Assembly (NCBI RefSeq): GCF_018350175.1
Contig: NC_058368.1
Coordinates: 96,722,001-96,786,000 of the forward strand
DNA: 64,000 nucleotides
From: Felis catus
Lineage: Eukaryota
Reading direction: 5' to 3'
The position numbers were made by a program, and so were the translations under genes. Under the pieces are notes generated by a model, which searched no databases, was not told where the DNA came from, and saw only the letters and a program-made list of their open reading frames with translations. Of the stretch, positions 27,161-41,286 are shown piece by piece. Every line of letters starts with the position of its first letter. Positions within the stretch are counted from its first letter, which is position 1.

Positions 27161-27799
27161 ATCAACGTTGTTACAATGGTAAGAGCCTATCTCTAGGCTG
27201 AGAAGCCCTGGCTCTATTTCTCTTTTTCTTTATTCTTATCAGGATTCTGGAAAAAATAGGGTAGTTATCAAAGCAGCTTCTTCCAGGGTAAGCCCCAGAC
27301 ATGTCATTTTCATCTTCTTCGCCTTCTTTTTTTCTTTGTTGTTGTTGTTAGTTTCTTTTATCTCAGGTAAAAAGCTACCAGCTACATAAAAATTAAACAA
27401 GTGTGAGTTAGCCCCAGAATACATCTTGCAGTAAAAGGGTCCATTCCTGTCTTTCTCACCCCTTTCCCTCTGACACTTGCAAAGTATATTCCAGACAGGC
27501 TGAATCATCACACAAGATGCTTGGTAATTAGCTATTATTTTTACAAAGGAAAAAAACAACAAACAGGTAATTCTATCTTTAACTATTTCAGCCAAACTAG
27601 ATATGGCAATGGAAGTCCTACCAAAAGTCTCAGAAAATTGCGGAAGTTCTCACTGGGATTAAAGCATAGGCAAGAATAATTTATAAATAGCTGGTGGTTG
27701 GTAAGTGTCAAAATGTAGCACAAAAACATCAGAGACTGATTTTTTTAATAAAATTGGGGCAGGAAAAGACCTGGAAAGTATTATTAAAGGCTATAAATG

Positions 27800-28500
27800 A
27801 GAAGACCAATGGACTAACTAAATAAAAAATTGTATTTTCTGACGAGTAGGATATATAATGAATGTGTGATTAGAAAAATGTGTAAAACGTGTGAATGATT
27901 AAGTCTTAAAAAGACACAATGGCGAATGGACAATAAAAATACATGTAATCCCACAAATACTTGAATAAATTCAATTAAAAATGTAATGAAATATCAACCT
28001 TTTTAATATTTATAAATACAGTAAATAATAATAAATTCTAATGTGGACTTTGATACGGATAAAAAGGGCACTCAAACTTCTGGTGAAACTTTATTATGTT
28101 TTCTAGAGGGCAATATTAAAGTATACATCCAAATTTCCATATGTATATTCCCTGAATTTAATCTAAAAAGAAATCACATACAAGGGCAGAGAGAAACACA
28201 TAAGAATGTTCACTGCAATACTGTTTACATGAAAAAATATGGTAGTGACTTTCCAACAGCAGCAGTGGGCAGATTAAACATTAATTACAGTACTTTCACA
28301 TAATGAGATGTTGTAGCCAACACAATTGGGTAAGAAATGGACACAGAAAAATGCTCAGGAAGTGGTGCTGAGTAAACTATCAGGTTATAGTTTAACAGAT
28401 GCAGTGTATGGTATGTTAAAAAATTGAAATGTCTTGGTAAAATGCATGCAAATACACCTATCTATTAGAAATGGTTGTCTCTGAGGAGTCAAGTTATGAG
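27800..28500 (+). mobile_element. Ancient L1ME 3' fragments
   Basis: AAGAATGTTCACTGCAATACTGTTTA and AATGGTTGTCTCTG motifs. Confidence 0.5.
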
Positions 28501-29559
28501 GACTGGGAGAAAATCCCATTTCGTTGTCACATACTTTTGCATTGCCAGAACTTCCACATCAGACCTTTATACCTTTATGTTTTAAAGTCCATCTCCATCT
28601 TGAACATATTCTTAGCAGGAGAGAACAAAAGGCAGACGACCCAAATGAGGAGCCGACTCCAGCAACAATTAAAGCTGGCTTATACATGTATTTCTTAGTA
28701 TTATTTCCATTGCATACAAGTCACCTAAACATCAGAATCCATCCCCCCATTTGTCTTCTCATTAACATCTGGCAAAAGCTTTGCTTCCTGAATCCTGAAC
28801 TTTCTCCCCTTGTTCTTCACTAGATGTCCTAATTCCATCCTTTCTCCCTGTGCTGAGAAAAGCAGTCTTTGGCAGGCAGGACAGCAGGTGCACAAGGATT
28901 CAGACAAGAGTACATAGAGCTCTTGAACAGGACAGGAAATCTGAGGGGCAGCTCCGCTATGCCCAGGAGTGGGGTGGCTACATCCACTGTTGTGCAGAAG
29001 TCCTCAGCCAGCAGAGATTGATGGCCCTATCAGTAGTTCTCAGATTTCCCACTTACACTTAGGCTGAATTCCTTTCAACAATGAGGTCATATAATCTCCA
29101 GAAGGTAAATCCTATTAACTCTTAGTGCATATGACATGTTCTCCCAGTGGGTACGAAAATTGGGCTATATCTTTTGGTGGTAGCTTTTTTTTTCCCCTCA
29201 GAGACTCATTTTTTTTTTTTGGTTTATGTCATATTTCTAACCCTTCTTTCTACATGATTGGCTATAGTTAGATTTTTCTTGTAAAAATTAGAACCCTAAA
29301 GTTGCTTGCGAATCCATTTCTATTCTTTAATTCAAAAGATTTAAAAGTTTTATTAAGAGGGAGGCTTATCATCTCAACAGGAAGGAAAAGGGAGAATTTA
29401 AGTCACACACAGATGTCAAAAACAGTGAGGAAATATCATGGTCTTCCATGTACAGAGGATAAATCATTCAATAGTGACAATGGCTCCCAAGGACAGCAAG
29501 CAAATCCCACCACATGTGTGGAACACTGTGCTTATGTAATCAATAATGGCAATATTGAT

Positions 29560-30165
29560 ACAGCCTCCAGAGCTGTCTTCCTTATTCCACATCATTCTAA
29601 ACACAGCAACAGTATTCCCATTAGAACATAAGAACATGTCATTCCCCTACTCAAATGTCTTCTGGGGCCTTCCTTTCTCAACAACTGACTCCTGTGCTCT
29701 CTTGCCCTTTTTGCCCTCCCTAGACCCCCTCTTCCTCTTGCTCCAGCTCATCTGCCAAACTGTCCTCCCTACTATTCCAAGAACTCATTGGGCTGATCCC
29801 CCTTTGCATGGCTTTGCACATGGCATTTCCTTTCCTTGGACCAACTTCCTTCCACAAACACAGATGGCTGGTTGCCTTACCTGCTTCGGATGTCATATTT
29901 TCAAAGAGGCCTTTCTTGACATCTGATTTAAACTCTAAGACTCCCTTATTGCCCCACTAACCCAGCAAGCCCACTCACTGCTTTCGTCTCCTGCACAGGC
30001 TTCCCAACACGTGGTAAATTGCATGTTTATTCATCTACTTCTCTCTCCCTCCGTTTGAACTAAGTGGCCTGTGGGTGGAATGTTGTCTGGTTTGTTTAGT
30101 CCTTCATTCCTAGTACACTGCAGATAACAATGATTTGTTAAAAGAATGAGTGTTTGCTGTCTAAG
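29560..30165 (+). mobile_element. L2 3' region
   Basis: GGCTTTGCACATGGCATTTCCTTTCCTTGGA, AGAGGCCTTTCTTGAC, terminal GAATGAGTG. Confidence 0.7.
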
Positions 30166-30479
30166 TGAACTAATGAAGAATAAAGAACGAAGGATAGGTC
30201 AGGAATGAACAAATGACATTCGTGAATGGGATTTCACAATTACAGCTAGAAGATAAAGATCCATGTGGGTGCCTATCAGCATAATATTAATTTAAGAGAA
30301 GGCAAGGGCCCTCTAAAAGAGCAGGCCATGGGGCAAACATGAAGGAATGGCAGAGATAGCCCATGGGGGGTGGGGTGCAATGTTTACCAAGCTTCACAGA
30401 TTTTTCAGAGCAGGTGAAACTATTCTATGACTTATTTTTAAAGCCTGATAAAATCTATGTACTCAAGAATAACACTATC

Positions 30480-31185
30480 TGAAAATATTCAGCTTGAAAA
30501 TACTTAACAGGAAATCCTCAATCTTTCTTCAATGCCACTTTGCCCCATACCCAATCTACCAATGAACTCAACTTTTTCTTACCAAGTTTACCACTATCTT
30601 ACCATTCCAGTCCCCTAGTGTCTCCAGCTGAGAGCTCCATTGCTTCTTAAATACAATCTGTGCTTCTACTTTTCCATCCTCACGTCCCTGATGACTCAGC
30701 ATCCAGAGTGATCACACTTAAAACAGAATCCTAAGGCCTCACCACACCCACAAGGCCCTAAGGAACCTGGCTACATCTCTGGCCTCATTTCATGCCCTTC
30801 CTCCTTCCCCCACCTCCATACCAGTTCTCTCGATGTTCATCACACCAAGCAAACTCATGCCTCAAGTGGTTTACACCCATGGTTCACTCTGTGGAACATT
30901 CATCCTGTCAATACACATATGGTTCACACCCTCACCTTGTTCGTGCCATCATTCATGTTTTTGTTCAAATATCACCTCCTCAGAGAAATCTTTCCTGACT
31001 ACTAAATATAAAATTATAGCACCTGTCATTCTCTATGTCCTTCCAGATTTTATTTTTCTTTATGGTCTTTCTTCCCCAACATTCTATTATAGATTTGTCT
31101 ATTTCTGTACTTTTATTGGTGTTTCTCCAGTGACCATACTGTACCAGGTTCAGGGTTGGTGCTCAAAATGTATTTATTGAAGGCA
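30480..31185 (+). mobile_element. L2 3' region
   Basis: GTTCAAATATCACCTCCTCAGAGAAATCTTTCCTGAC and GTGCTCAAAATGTATTTATTGAA. Confidence 0.72.
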
Positions 31186-31495
31186 TGAGTAGGGAGTGTG
31201 ATGCACAGAGAGACCCCAAGTTCAAGTTCATTTGAGTTGGTATTCATAGGAAGGAAATGGGCTTCAACAGTCGATTCACCGCTGTGCAGCACCCAACACG
31301 CTCATAATTAGAAGACTTTCCTCACACTTGTAAGCTCATGATCACTTCCCACTCTAGGGGAAAATATTCAGAACCACTAAAATAACTGTTAGAGTTTTCA
31401 ATTTCTGCACAATGACTGAAGGGTCATATGATGACCCAGCTTGCTGTTCCATCTGTCCTAGCTTAGTCTGCATAGAACTGATTCAGTCCAGGAGA

Positions 31496-31598
31496 CAGAA
31501 TTGTTGAACCGCTTTATTGTACCCCTGAAATTAACACAACACTGCAAGTTAATCATACTGGAATGAAAATAAATTTTAAGAAAACGTAAAAAAAAAAA
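31496..31598 (+). mobile_element. Short L1 extreme 3' end (older carnivore type)
   Basis: AATTGTTGAACCGCTTTATTGTACCCCTGAAATTAACACAACACTG followed by an A tail. Confidence 0.75.
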
Positions 31599-33808
31599 CA
31601 AGTAACTCCATTAAAATAAGCCACCATGACAAGGCAAAAAACCTCCATTTCTAAACGAGACCTCTTTTCTCTTCTCATCTGTATTTAAAAACAACCATGT
31701 CTGTGACCTAAACCTTATCATTGTGATTTTAGGAAAATATGTATTCACTGAAAGATAAAGATGAAGAAACCAGGCATTTAAATCCGAAAACCTGCTTCTA
31801 AGAAGCATTTTCCAATTCTATATAACTTATAAAAAATATTCATCTAATCTACTGTATTATGATTCCCTATATTTAAGGTAATAAAAAGGGAATTAAGTTG
31901 CATGTTTTCCATACTAATTTGGGTCTACTTAAAAAAAAGGGCCCAGAGAAACAGAATACTCTCCCTATCTAATGTTTATTCCTTCTTCTTAAATTGCTGT
32001 TTTCCTATAATCTAACTTTTACAATAATAAATCTATATATTCTTTCTCTCCAATCTTAATAAAAAGTTCTGTGCAAGTACTTCAAGAAAGTTCTGCGGTT
32101 GTAAAATGTCAAGATCTCATAAAGCATGTTGCTGTAGCAGAGGCAGGAAGATCTGACTATGTTGGAACTAAGGTAGAATTTAAAGTACTCAGATTCCCCT
32201 TATGCAACCTCTCCAGTCAGCGGGCACTGGTACTATTTTTCGATCACAGGTAGAATTTCTAATAGATTTTTCCCACTGGAAGCGAAGACCAAAGACATCT
32301 CTGTACAGAGAGCAGGTAGCTAGCTCAAGCTACACACAAAGACTTTAATTGATAAGCAGCTACGCTGTCAACAACCTCCACGTTCATTTCACATGAAATT
32401 ATTGATGATGCTTTTAGGATTCCTCTTTAAAATAAATGGCAAAGTAGAGACTAGGTGTTCAACCATTTTCTTCTCCATTTCCTTTGTTGCTTTTAACCAA
32501 ACATTCTTAGCAGACTGTCAAAATAGCAAGGTTCATCATCACTCACTTTTTACAGTAGCACTTCTAATAAACAGGAATGTAAACAACATAAAATCCATAA
32601 GGCAAACATTCACTCATTTGTCTCGACTATGTCAAGATATTCTCAGACAATCAGACAGTGTTTTGACTCTAAACTATAAACTGTGGTCAGTTTACTGGTA
32701 GGCTGACATTGCCTATAAAGAGAGCCTGGGGGGTTCCAGGATACCACGTGAAAATGTATTTTCTCAACATTCACCAGAACCTACTCCATGCCAAACACAT
32801 TCATAGGCATTGAGAGGACATTACTGAATGAGCCAATGTGGTTTCTGCCCTCAAGGATTTCAGGCCATTACGGTGTGACTTCTCTTTATAATAACGTGTA
32901 CACACACACATCCTTCTGAGCAGGTGCTGTTTTTTGATCTTTTTCAAAGGAAAGAAATGGGCAGTTTCAAAGTCACTGCCTACTGCTTAGAAAAAGCAGA
33001 GGTCATGAATGTTTCATTGATAGATCTCAGATGTTATCCTTTATGAATGAAGGGTTTCTATGCAACTTGATTGTAAAAATTATCTGCCTACAGGAATTCA
33101 GAGAAAAAGCCAACTATTTTAAGTGGGTGTTTCCTGCACAGAAGAAGATTATGATGATGCATTGTCAATTTCAGAAGTGCAGTTTTTTAAAAAGTCATGA
33201 CCACAACCGCTGCAACTGAAAATATCATCAGGAATTCGCTTCCTACACCACAAAACTTGGCCTGGAACAGCACATACTTTTGGCTACATCTACATTTCCG
33301 ATTAATTTTCTGAATGCAGAAAATGTACAATCTTGACATTTAAAGAAATGAACACTGACGCATACTGCTTCCACTTAGAGAAAAGAGTAAGAGCACATTT
33401 CATCATGTTATAATACATACACAAAACGGGATTTGTGTGAATGATCAGTTAAGGGGCTTTCAAAGGCATTTTATTCACTCCTTACACACATTCACAATGC
33501 CCACTGGCATTAATGGGGATTACTCAAGTGTACTGACAAAGAGCAGGCCTTTGTGTATATACTTGTACATTGAAGCAGTAAACTTAAATACTCTGGAAGA
33601 AACCTATTTTGATGGTTTCAGTGTTCAACTGATCTAAAATCTCTGGTGCACACTGCATGAGGTAGGGAGAGTGATATGGTGAGCAGGGAGAATTTTTAAG
33701 GCATTACACAGTGAGAGATACATTTCCATACATTGTCCTTATTTTCCCTAAACACCCAGGACAGGGACCAGTTTCTTAATTTTTCCTTCTTAAAAAATAA
33801 AAATTATA

Positions 33809-34218
33809 GGGGCACCTGGGTGGCTCAGTCAGTTAAGCGTGCAACTCTTGGTTTCGGCTCAGGTCATGATCTCATGGTTCATGAGTTCGAGCCCTGCGTG
33901 GGGCTCTGTGCTGGCAGTGTGGGGCCTGCTTGGGATCCTCTCTCTCCTTCTTTTATTGCCCCTCCCCTTCTCACACTCTCTATCTAAATAAATAAACAGG
34001 GGTGCCTGGGTGGCTCAGTTGATTCAGAGTCTGACTTCAGCTCAGGTCATGATCTCAAAGTTCATGAGTTCTAGGCCTACATTGGGCTTTGCACTGACAG
34101 CACAGAGCCTGCTTGTTATTCTCTCTCTCTCCCTCTCTCTCTGCCCTTCCCCTGTTCATGCTCTCTGTCTCTCTCTCCAAAATAAACATTGAAAAAAAAA
34201 AAAAGAAAGAAAGAAAGA
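33809..34218 (+). mobile_element. Head-to-tail CAN-SINE dimer (monomers 33809-33998 and 33999-34218)
   Basis: Two complete SINE bodies joined by CTAAATAAATAAACA|GGGG, with a single long A tail. Confidence 0.93.
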
Positions 34219-34631
34219 ATCAGAGTCAAATAAGACTGGGATGCATCCCGCATACAGGCCCAAGCATTTGGCAATATGAGACAGACAGACTGGGAGTCTG
34301 GACACCCTCGACCCCTTTACCTGTGACTCCAGCTAGCATCAAGAGACAGACACTAGGAATCATGGGACACTTGCTCAAGCCCTTCACCAAGATCATTTGC
34401 CTCCATCTTTTTTCGGAAAATAGTTCCTTTTTCTTGGTATTTTACAAGTTCATTAGATCAACCTTTGTTTGTAATGAGAGAGACTTTGAGTGGAAACAAC
34501 TGTACCATTCCTAGGATGTAACACCCTAGGAAATCAAAGGCTCTATCGCCCATACATTTCTTAATCAGGACATGGGTTTCCAGGAGGAGTGACAGTAAGA
34601 AGGACAAGTGGTGCCAATTTTGTTGTTGTGT

Positions 34632-34648
34632 TTTTTAAGTTTCTTTAT

Positions 34649-34696
<48 letters not shown>

Positions 34697-34869
34697 CATA
34701 CAAATGCAAGCAGGGGAAGGGAGAAAAAGAAGAAAGAGAGAATCCCAAGCAGGCCCCATGCTGTCAGTGCAGAGCCTGACACAGGGCTTGATCCCACAAA
34801 TTGTGAGGCCATGACCTGAGCCACAATCAAGAGTTGGACACTTACCTGACTGAGCCCCTCAGGTGCCCC
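34632..34869 (-). mobile_element. CAN-SINE with expanded (GA)n
   Basis: Antisense SINE; (GA)n at about 34652-34690. Confidence 0.93.
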
Positions 34870-36799
34870 ACAGTCAAGGTAAAATTTAAAAACCCAACCT
34901 GTGAAGCTGCCTATGATTTGCTTATTGTGGCTTTTGGCACCTTTATGGTGTAAATATAACGTTGAGACAGAGAATGTTCTCCATGATACTTCTGAGATAA
35001 ATAAAACGAATTCTGTTCTGAACCCTTCAGAACGAACATCTCCTCTCCCATGTTCAGAACAAAAATGAAATACCACTCAGACTTTCAGGTTTTCGACCTA
35101 ATTACTCAAAATCAAAACAAGCAGCTCATCTGTGATTAAGCAGAGTTCAACAGAGCAGGATTTGACACGGATGCTTGAGCAGCAGGTCTGAGGACACTGA
35201 AGCCCTCACTCTAAGCTACAGAAATGCAGCATATTCATTTATTTCAGTGTGTCCATTGAGACAGAGGAATCAACCCATAGCTGTTGCCCTAAGTCCCAGC
35301 ATTTCACCGTCAAGTTTGATGGCAAGGTACACAGTTAGATGGGGTTTCCTACAAGGACTACCCACCACAAAGTGCAACTGACAGGAAACATACAGAAAAA
35401 GCATTGCCACGTGAAAAGGGAGAGCACAAGTCTGATGGAGGCATGTGAAACCTTGCCCATAGTTCATGATTCATGACTTTAATAGCTGCACAATTAAATC
35501 TTGAACCTAAGTGACCCCATGCTGGTTGATGCATTTGGATTTTCTCCCTTGCTCACTACGCACCCCAACCATTAGGAAGTGTTTTGAAGACCTTTGGGGG
35601 TTCAATACCTTGCAATTGATGATTGCTGATTCTGGCTCCAAGTTCTCTGGTGATCAATAGTGATCTTCTACCCTCCCAGTCATCTATGATGATTCCACTA
35701 TCCACTTTAATTAAGAGGTAGAGAAGAATTACTATTAGAAAGGTATGTGCTAACACACCATTATTCTCTTTAGCTTCCAACATCTCGGCAGTATTAGAAT
35801 CTGTTGTAGTTTACAATTTCCCAAGACCATAAGCAAAGAAACTTGAAAAATAATCACATCTTGGGCCTTTGGAACCACGAAATATGATCAGAGTCCAAAG
35901 ATACTCAGAAATCTAAGGGACTCCTACCCACATGCAGCCAAGTATTTCATCTGGTGCCAGCTTTACATATCTATATTAGAAAGACTGAGGCCCTCGGGAA
36001 GTCAGACACAACTGGGGGTACATTCACTGATAAAATGATCTCAGAAGTATTCGTTACCCCAAGATCAAGTTTTCTCCATTGTCAAAGTGAGCTGTCTTTA
36101 CATTTATGGAATATGGGTCTTCTGGTGCTAGAGTGAGTAAAATCTTTCCATGGAGTAAGCACTCAGTAAACATTAGGCAATATATATATATGACCTTCTA
36201 TTTGGTTCATTTGAGAAAAGAGGAAATTCAGACCCACTGAAGTTAAGGGAGAAACTGTTAATGATGGAACCAGAGCAAAATCCCCGGCTCTTGCCCAGGG
36301 TATATTCCCCTCTAGTAGTACATAGGATAGGCTAGTGTATAGACCTACCGCTTCTCTTGGTGTGTGCCAGCACACGGGTGTGTTTAACTGAGACAACCCA
36401 TGGATGGTACTACTTCTACTCAACCAAAACAGTTAAGCTTATCCCCACAGGCACTTCCTCTCTTCTCTGAATCCCCTGGATTCCTTTCTCCTCAGAAGTC
36501 AGGTTGAGATACTTTGCTCCCAGTGACACTCGATCCTGTCCTGAAACATCTATGCTTTTCTCTTACTCAACATCTCCACAGTGGGAAACCCTCCTGTCAA
36601 CAGTGTCATTACTCAGTACAGCCATATTGACAAAATTTCTTGGAGCAAAAGGCAGATACAGGAATGATTAAGGGAAGTATCTCCTGATACTCATTAAGAG
36701 TGTCAGGTGTCAGTGATATGTAAGTCAGCAATACACACAAGGTTTTCACTCTCCTGAGCTTAGATTAGAGAGGGTGAAGGAAAATAAAAGCACAATTAT

Positions 36800-36878
36800 T
36801 TTGGGTGATCTTGAGCAAGTCACTTTGCTTTCTGTAATCCTTGGTTTCTTCATTCTTAGAATTCAGGGATTATTATTT
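36800..36878 (+). mobile_element. MIR core fragment
   Basis: GTGATCTTGAGCAAGTCACTTTGCTTTCTGTAATCCTTGGTTTCTTCAT. Confidence 0.7.
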
Positions 36879-37007
36879 TTTTTATAAAATCCATCATTAG
36901 CTGGGAAAATAGAATATTGATACACAGTATCAAAATGTTCACTACAGGTGTATCAAAGAACTAAACGTACAAAAAAAATTTTTAACCTTTAAAAATAAAT
37001 CCAGGCT

Positions 37008-37236
37008 GGGGCACCTGCATGGCTCAGTCAGTTAAGCGTCTGACTTCGGTTCAGGTCATGATCTTGCAGTTTGAGCCCCGTGCCAGGCTCTGTGCTGACA
37101 GATCAGAGCCTAGAGCCTGCTTCGGGTTCTGTGTCTCCCTCTGTCTCTGCAACTCCCCTGCTCACACTCTCTTGCTCTCTCTCTCAAAAATAAATTACAC
37201 ATTAAAAAAATTAAAAAAGTAAAAAATGAAAAAAAA
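37008..37236 (+). mobile_element. CAN-SINE
   Basis: SINE body; decayed TSD AAATC(C/T)AGG. Confidence 0.92.
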
Positions 37237-37244
37237 AATCTAGG

Positions 37245-37960
37245 AGACTATTGTATAATCTTGGGCTTAGGGAGATCCTGAGTAGCTACTTGTAAGCCAG
37301 AAAAGAAAATGTAGACATAGTGACTCAAATATATATACATACACACACACACAGCCACAGACATAGCCAAAGTCAAAAATTAAAGATGGGAAGAAAACAT
37401 TTGCAAAAGATGGAATATCCAAAATGTGCAACAACAACAACAAAAAGAAACATAAACTACCCATTATAAAAATGGCCAAAGGCTATGAAAATGTGTTTCA
37501 CATACCAGAAAATGTAAAAGATTAACAGTCTTAGGAGTAGACAAATATGCAAATTAGACAAAAAAAGTACCAAACTCTGGTGTAATCATCTGACAAGATC
37601 TGTCAAGACTCAGAGTATTCAGCACTGATAAAAGTTTAGGAAAATATTTTCTCTCAGACACTGTTGATAAGGTTATAAATTATGACACATTCTTAGAAAA
37701 AGCCATCTGAAAATATTTATTAAATTTTAAAGTCACATATCCTTTGACCCTAAAATCCCGCTCTGGGAATGCAACCATCTGGATTAGGAACACCAGTCCT
37801 TCAAGATAGAGATAGAGATAGAGATAGAGATAGAGATAGAGATAGAGAGATAGATATATATAGATTTGATTACATTCTAGTTGAAAAACCAAATTACCTA
37901 ACATACATTGTTTGCTTGTAAAAAAATAAAATACATTTATACTTGTAATTAATACAAATG
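37245..37960 (+). mobile_element. Ancient L1ME ORF2-end fragments
   Basis: GATGGGAAGAAAACATTTGCAA, AAAATGGCCAAAGGCTATGAA, CATATCCTTTGACCC. Confidence 0.6.
37804..37848. repeat. (AGATAG)n hexanucleotide microsatellite
   Basis: About seven tandem copies. Confidence 0.93.
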
Positions 37961-38399
37961 GATCATTTTCATTACACATTAGCAAAGGTGAAACCAAAGT
38001 ATGTTCTAGAACCTGCTCCACTGGGCTTTTTGAGGGAGTTCCAGAAAGGTGGCCATCTAACCCTCCCCCACAACCAATAATAATCACAGTCAAGAGCTGA
38101 TGACAATACAGGAGCGTGGTAGCTACCTATTTTTGTGCTAAACACCCAATTTCGCCATTGTATTATGTAATTACTGATTGATTACTGGAATCTAAAGCTA
38201 ATAAAGAAGTGCTAAGACTCTCTTCCCCACAGGACTACGGTAATGACTCTGAATTATGCATTATTTTAGAAAATGGATAAAAATATCTTATCTGCAATTT
38301 AGATCTTCTACAGTCCTCAAATTTCTATTCTGTGACAAACTAACACCCATCTTTGCAATGAGCATGCCATACAATAAGGAATAATCACAAATGCGTTAC

Positions 38400-38460
38400 C
38401 TCTTCAGAATCTTCCTCCTGCACTTGCTTTGCAGGTGGAAATACTGAATCTATCATTCTC
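38400..38460 (-). other. Candidate 61-nt spliced exon of an unidentified minus-strand gene
   Basis: Acceptor ttacctttttcaaaatgttattttgagcag| and donor GAG|gtaacg in unique sequence; purine-rich; one fully open frame RMIDSVFPPAKQVQEEDSEE. Confidence 0.5.
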
Positions 38461-39659
38461 CTGCTCAAAATAACATTTTGAAAAAGGTAAACACATTCCA
38501 TTAACTATGATTAACTATATGCTTCCATCATAATAAACAAGATGATCCCAAATATTCTACACTTCAGTCCTTTGTCTTGGCATCAGATGGACACAGCTGA
38601 AACCACTGCTAGGCATAATGGCTTTTCCAGTGAGAAAATTAGTGAAACAAATAGAAATGAAAATAATATTTGGAGGTAGGGGGAAAAGAAAGCTAGAATT
38701 GGAATCTATTCATCCCTTTGCTACTTACTAGTTTTGCATTTAAGCTATTCTCTTCTGTGGATCAGATTCCTTGCCTAGAAAATAATTGGGGACACTCTCA
38801 TTAACAGTTTGATTTGGATTTTGACTCTATTATCACTAATCCCTCACTTATATTTTTCTTTCTAAATATCAGTCAATACTACATCAGGAAAGCTGTTAGA
38901 ATATCATCTTAAAATGTGCTTAGTACTAGCCAAAAAGAATTTAAAAAATCAGGTTGATCATCCCTTGGTCTAGAAACTCTGTCTATTCTTCTAGTTAGTA
39001 CATTTGACTAACACTTTTCATAAAGAATTTGGTTTCTTGTGACTTGTCAAATGACACACAGAACAAAAACTTATTGACAGAATCACTAGGTGGGCAGCAG
39101 AAAAAAAAATCAATACATTTTAAATGCCAACCCTTTTAAAATGATCACTGTACTGGCTCATCTCAGGAAAATTATTTACTCAGGATACACAGATTTCCAA
39201 CTAGGCAGAAAATTCTTCCAGATTAAACTTTCCTTCTGCAAACCAAGCAATTGTTTTGGTTTTTATTTTTTCTTACGTATTATCTCACATGCAAAGGATG
39301 TTTCAAGTAAGAAAAAATGCAACCCACCCCCCCCCAAAAGGAGTCAGTGGATAAAAGAGAGCCACACTGACTTTGAATCATGTTTACAAAGCAAATAGAG
39401 TAGTGCATGGGCTTGAAGGAGAGTTTATACCCAATTAGGTGGGAGGAGAGAGGAAAAGCAGGGAGTTAGAAATATCTTCACTGAGAAAATTGTGCTTGAG
39501 ATTGGTCTTGGAAAATGAATGAAAAAGCATAAAGCAAAAAACAGAAAGCTATTTCAAGGAATTGCAACTCCAAGGGAAGGAGTCAGAGAAAAGATGAGAA
39601 AGAGGAAGGTACAGACATTATGCTAGATTTGTTCAATAGAGACACTGGTTCAGTGTCCA

Positions 39660-39790
39660 CAGCAATCTAAGCATTGGTACCATAATTTCACAGATGTAGA
39701 CATGGAAGTTCAGAGAGGTTAATTAACTTGCCCCAAATTACACACCTAATCAAGAGCACCTTCAAACCCTAGTCTAAAGGACTTCAAAGC
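39660..39790 (-). mobile_element. MIR
   Basis: TTTCACAGATGTAGACATGGAAGTTCAGAGAGGTTAATTAACTTGCCCCAAATTACACA. Confidence 0.75.
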
Positions 39791-40844
39791 CTTAACATAT
39801 TCAAAAAGCATTTTTGAGCATTTCCTGGGGTATAAAAGACAGTGCTTAAAACTGGTGATGCAAAGAGATATAGGATATAGTCACAGTCTGCAAGGAGCCT
39901 TTTGGACTCTTGGGCTGGGCTGGATTAAAGTGAGCTTCCAAGTTCATCAGTCATAATCTTGTCAGCCTCTTGCTTCCTGCTTTCTTTGATGCTCCAAGAG
40001 GTGCTTCTCTGAGTTCATCCTCATTGGGACCAGTTAAACTGTTGGTCCTTTCTGTCCACCTAAGGACTATTTTGGTCCAAGCAAGAGTCAGCTCAGTATT
40101 GCATGGGGAAAATAAGCCAAAAGGAGCTTCTCTCTTGATGGGGCCGCCCCTGTCCTTACAAAAAGCTCAGAATCAACTCTGTTAATGCCTTGGGTTTCCT
40201 TCATAGACACTGGGCAACTTGGATATTATATGCTCTGAAGCTCAAAGACACCAGTCTGTTCCCCTTCCCTTTTTCAGAAAGGATCAAGAGAACCCAGGAA
40301 TAGCATGACTCTCCTTCTGTACATGCCTGGTGAAGCTTTTGGAGGCAAGAGTTAAGTCACAGTTTCCCTTTAGCTTTCTTTTCTTTGACATTCTCTTTGC
40401 CCCCAACAATGCATTTCTTCCCCATCCCTTATGCTCATCATTCTCCATGAGCTAACATGAGGCCAATTGCCCTAATTCTCAGGAACTCTAAACCAGAAAA
40501 GCCATTTTGTTTTCCAGTTTTTCAAAGGCTATCCATCTCCTCCAGGGTGAGGGAGCTTTCTCAATGTCTTGAGCCATTTCCCTGGGTCTAACAGAACCAG
40601 GCTCCAGGCTCATCTATAGGCTTTGAGCACTGACCAGAAGGGGGTCCAGATCCCAGGAGCCAGTGATTCAATGTGCAGTCACTTCCACATTTAGACGACC
40701 ATCTGCAGGGGTAATTTCTGCAGAACACTCCTCTACAGAGCAATTATCAAATAGAATACCTAATTGTCACATATTATTATTGGCTGCATTTTGGAGAAAG
40801 AAATGTCTCAGCCACAGACTTTAGGACAAGATAGCATAAACCAG

Positions 40845-41067
40845 TTTTTAATTTTTTATTATTGATTTTTGAAAGAGAGAAAGAGAGAGAGAGCAAGAGA
40901 GCACGAGAGCGCGAGCTGGGGAGGGGCAAAGAGAGAGGGAACAGAAGATCCAAAGCAGGCTCTGCACTGACAGCAGCGAGGCCGATGTGGGGCTCAAATT
41001 GACAAATCACAAGATCATGACCTAAGCCAAAGTCAGACACTCAACCGACTGGGCCACTCAGGTGCCC
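40845..41067 (-). mobile_element. CAN-SINE
   Basis: Antisense SINE; TSD AAGATAGCATAAAC. Confidence 0.95.
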
Positions 41068-41286
41068 AAGATAGCATAAACTATTAAAAGATGCATACAT
41101 ACACACTTTTAACCTGTCATTTTGGCAAATATTTTACTTTTCATGCTTTTATGTTTTATTGTTTAGAGAAATGGGGGAGGCATTTAATACCATTTTTAGG
41201 GCATAGGTATGAATATGAAGAGGAATGGGACGGGGAAGAAAGTGACCTTCAGCCCCCGATAAGAATTCATTTAAAATTTTTCTTTT

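Noticed and set aside
29057..29111. Minus-strand micro-exon DLPSGDYMTSLLKGIQPK with a gtaagt donor
   Set aside because: The acceptor lacks a polypyrimidine tract.
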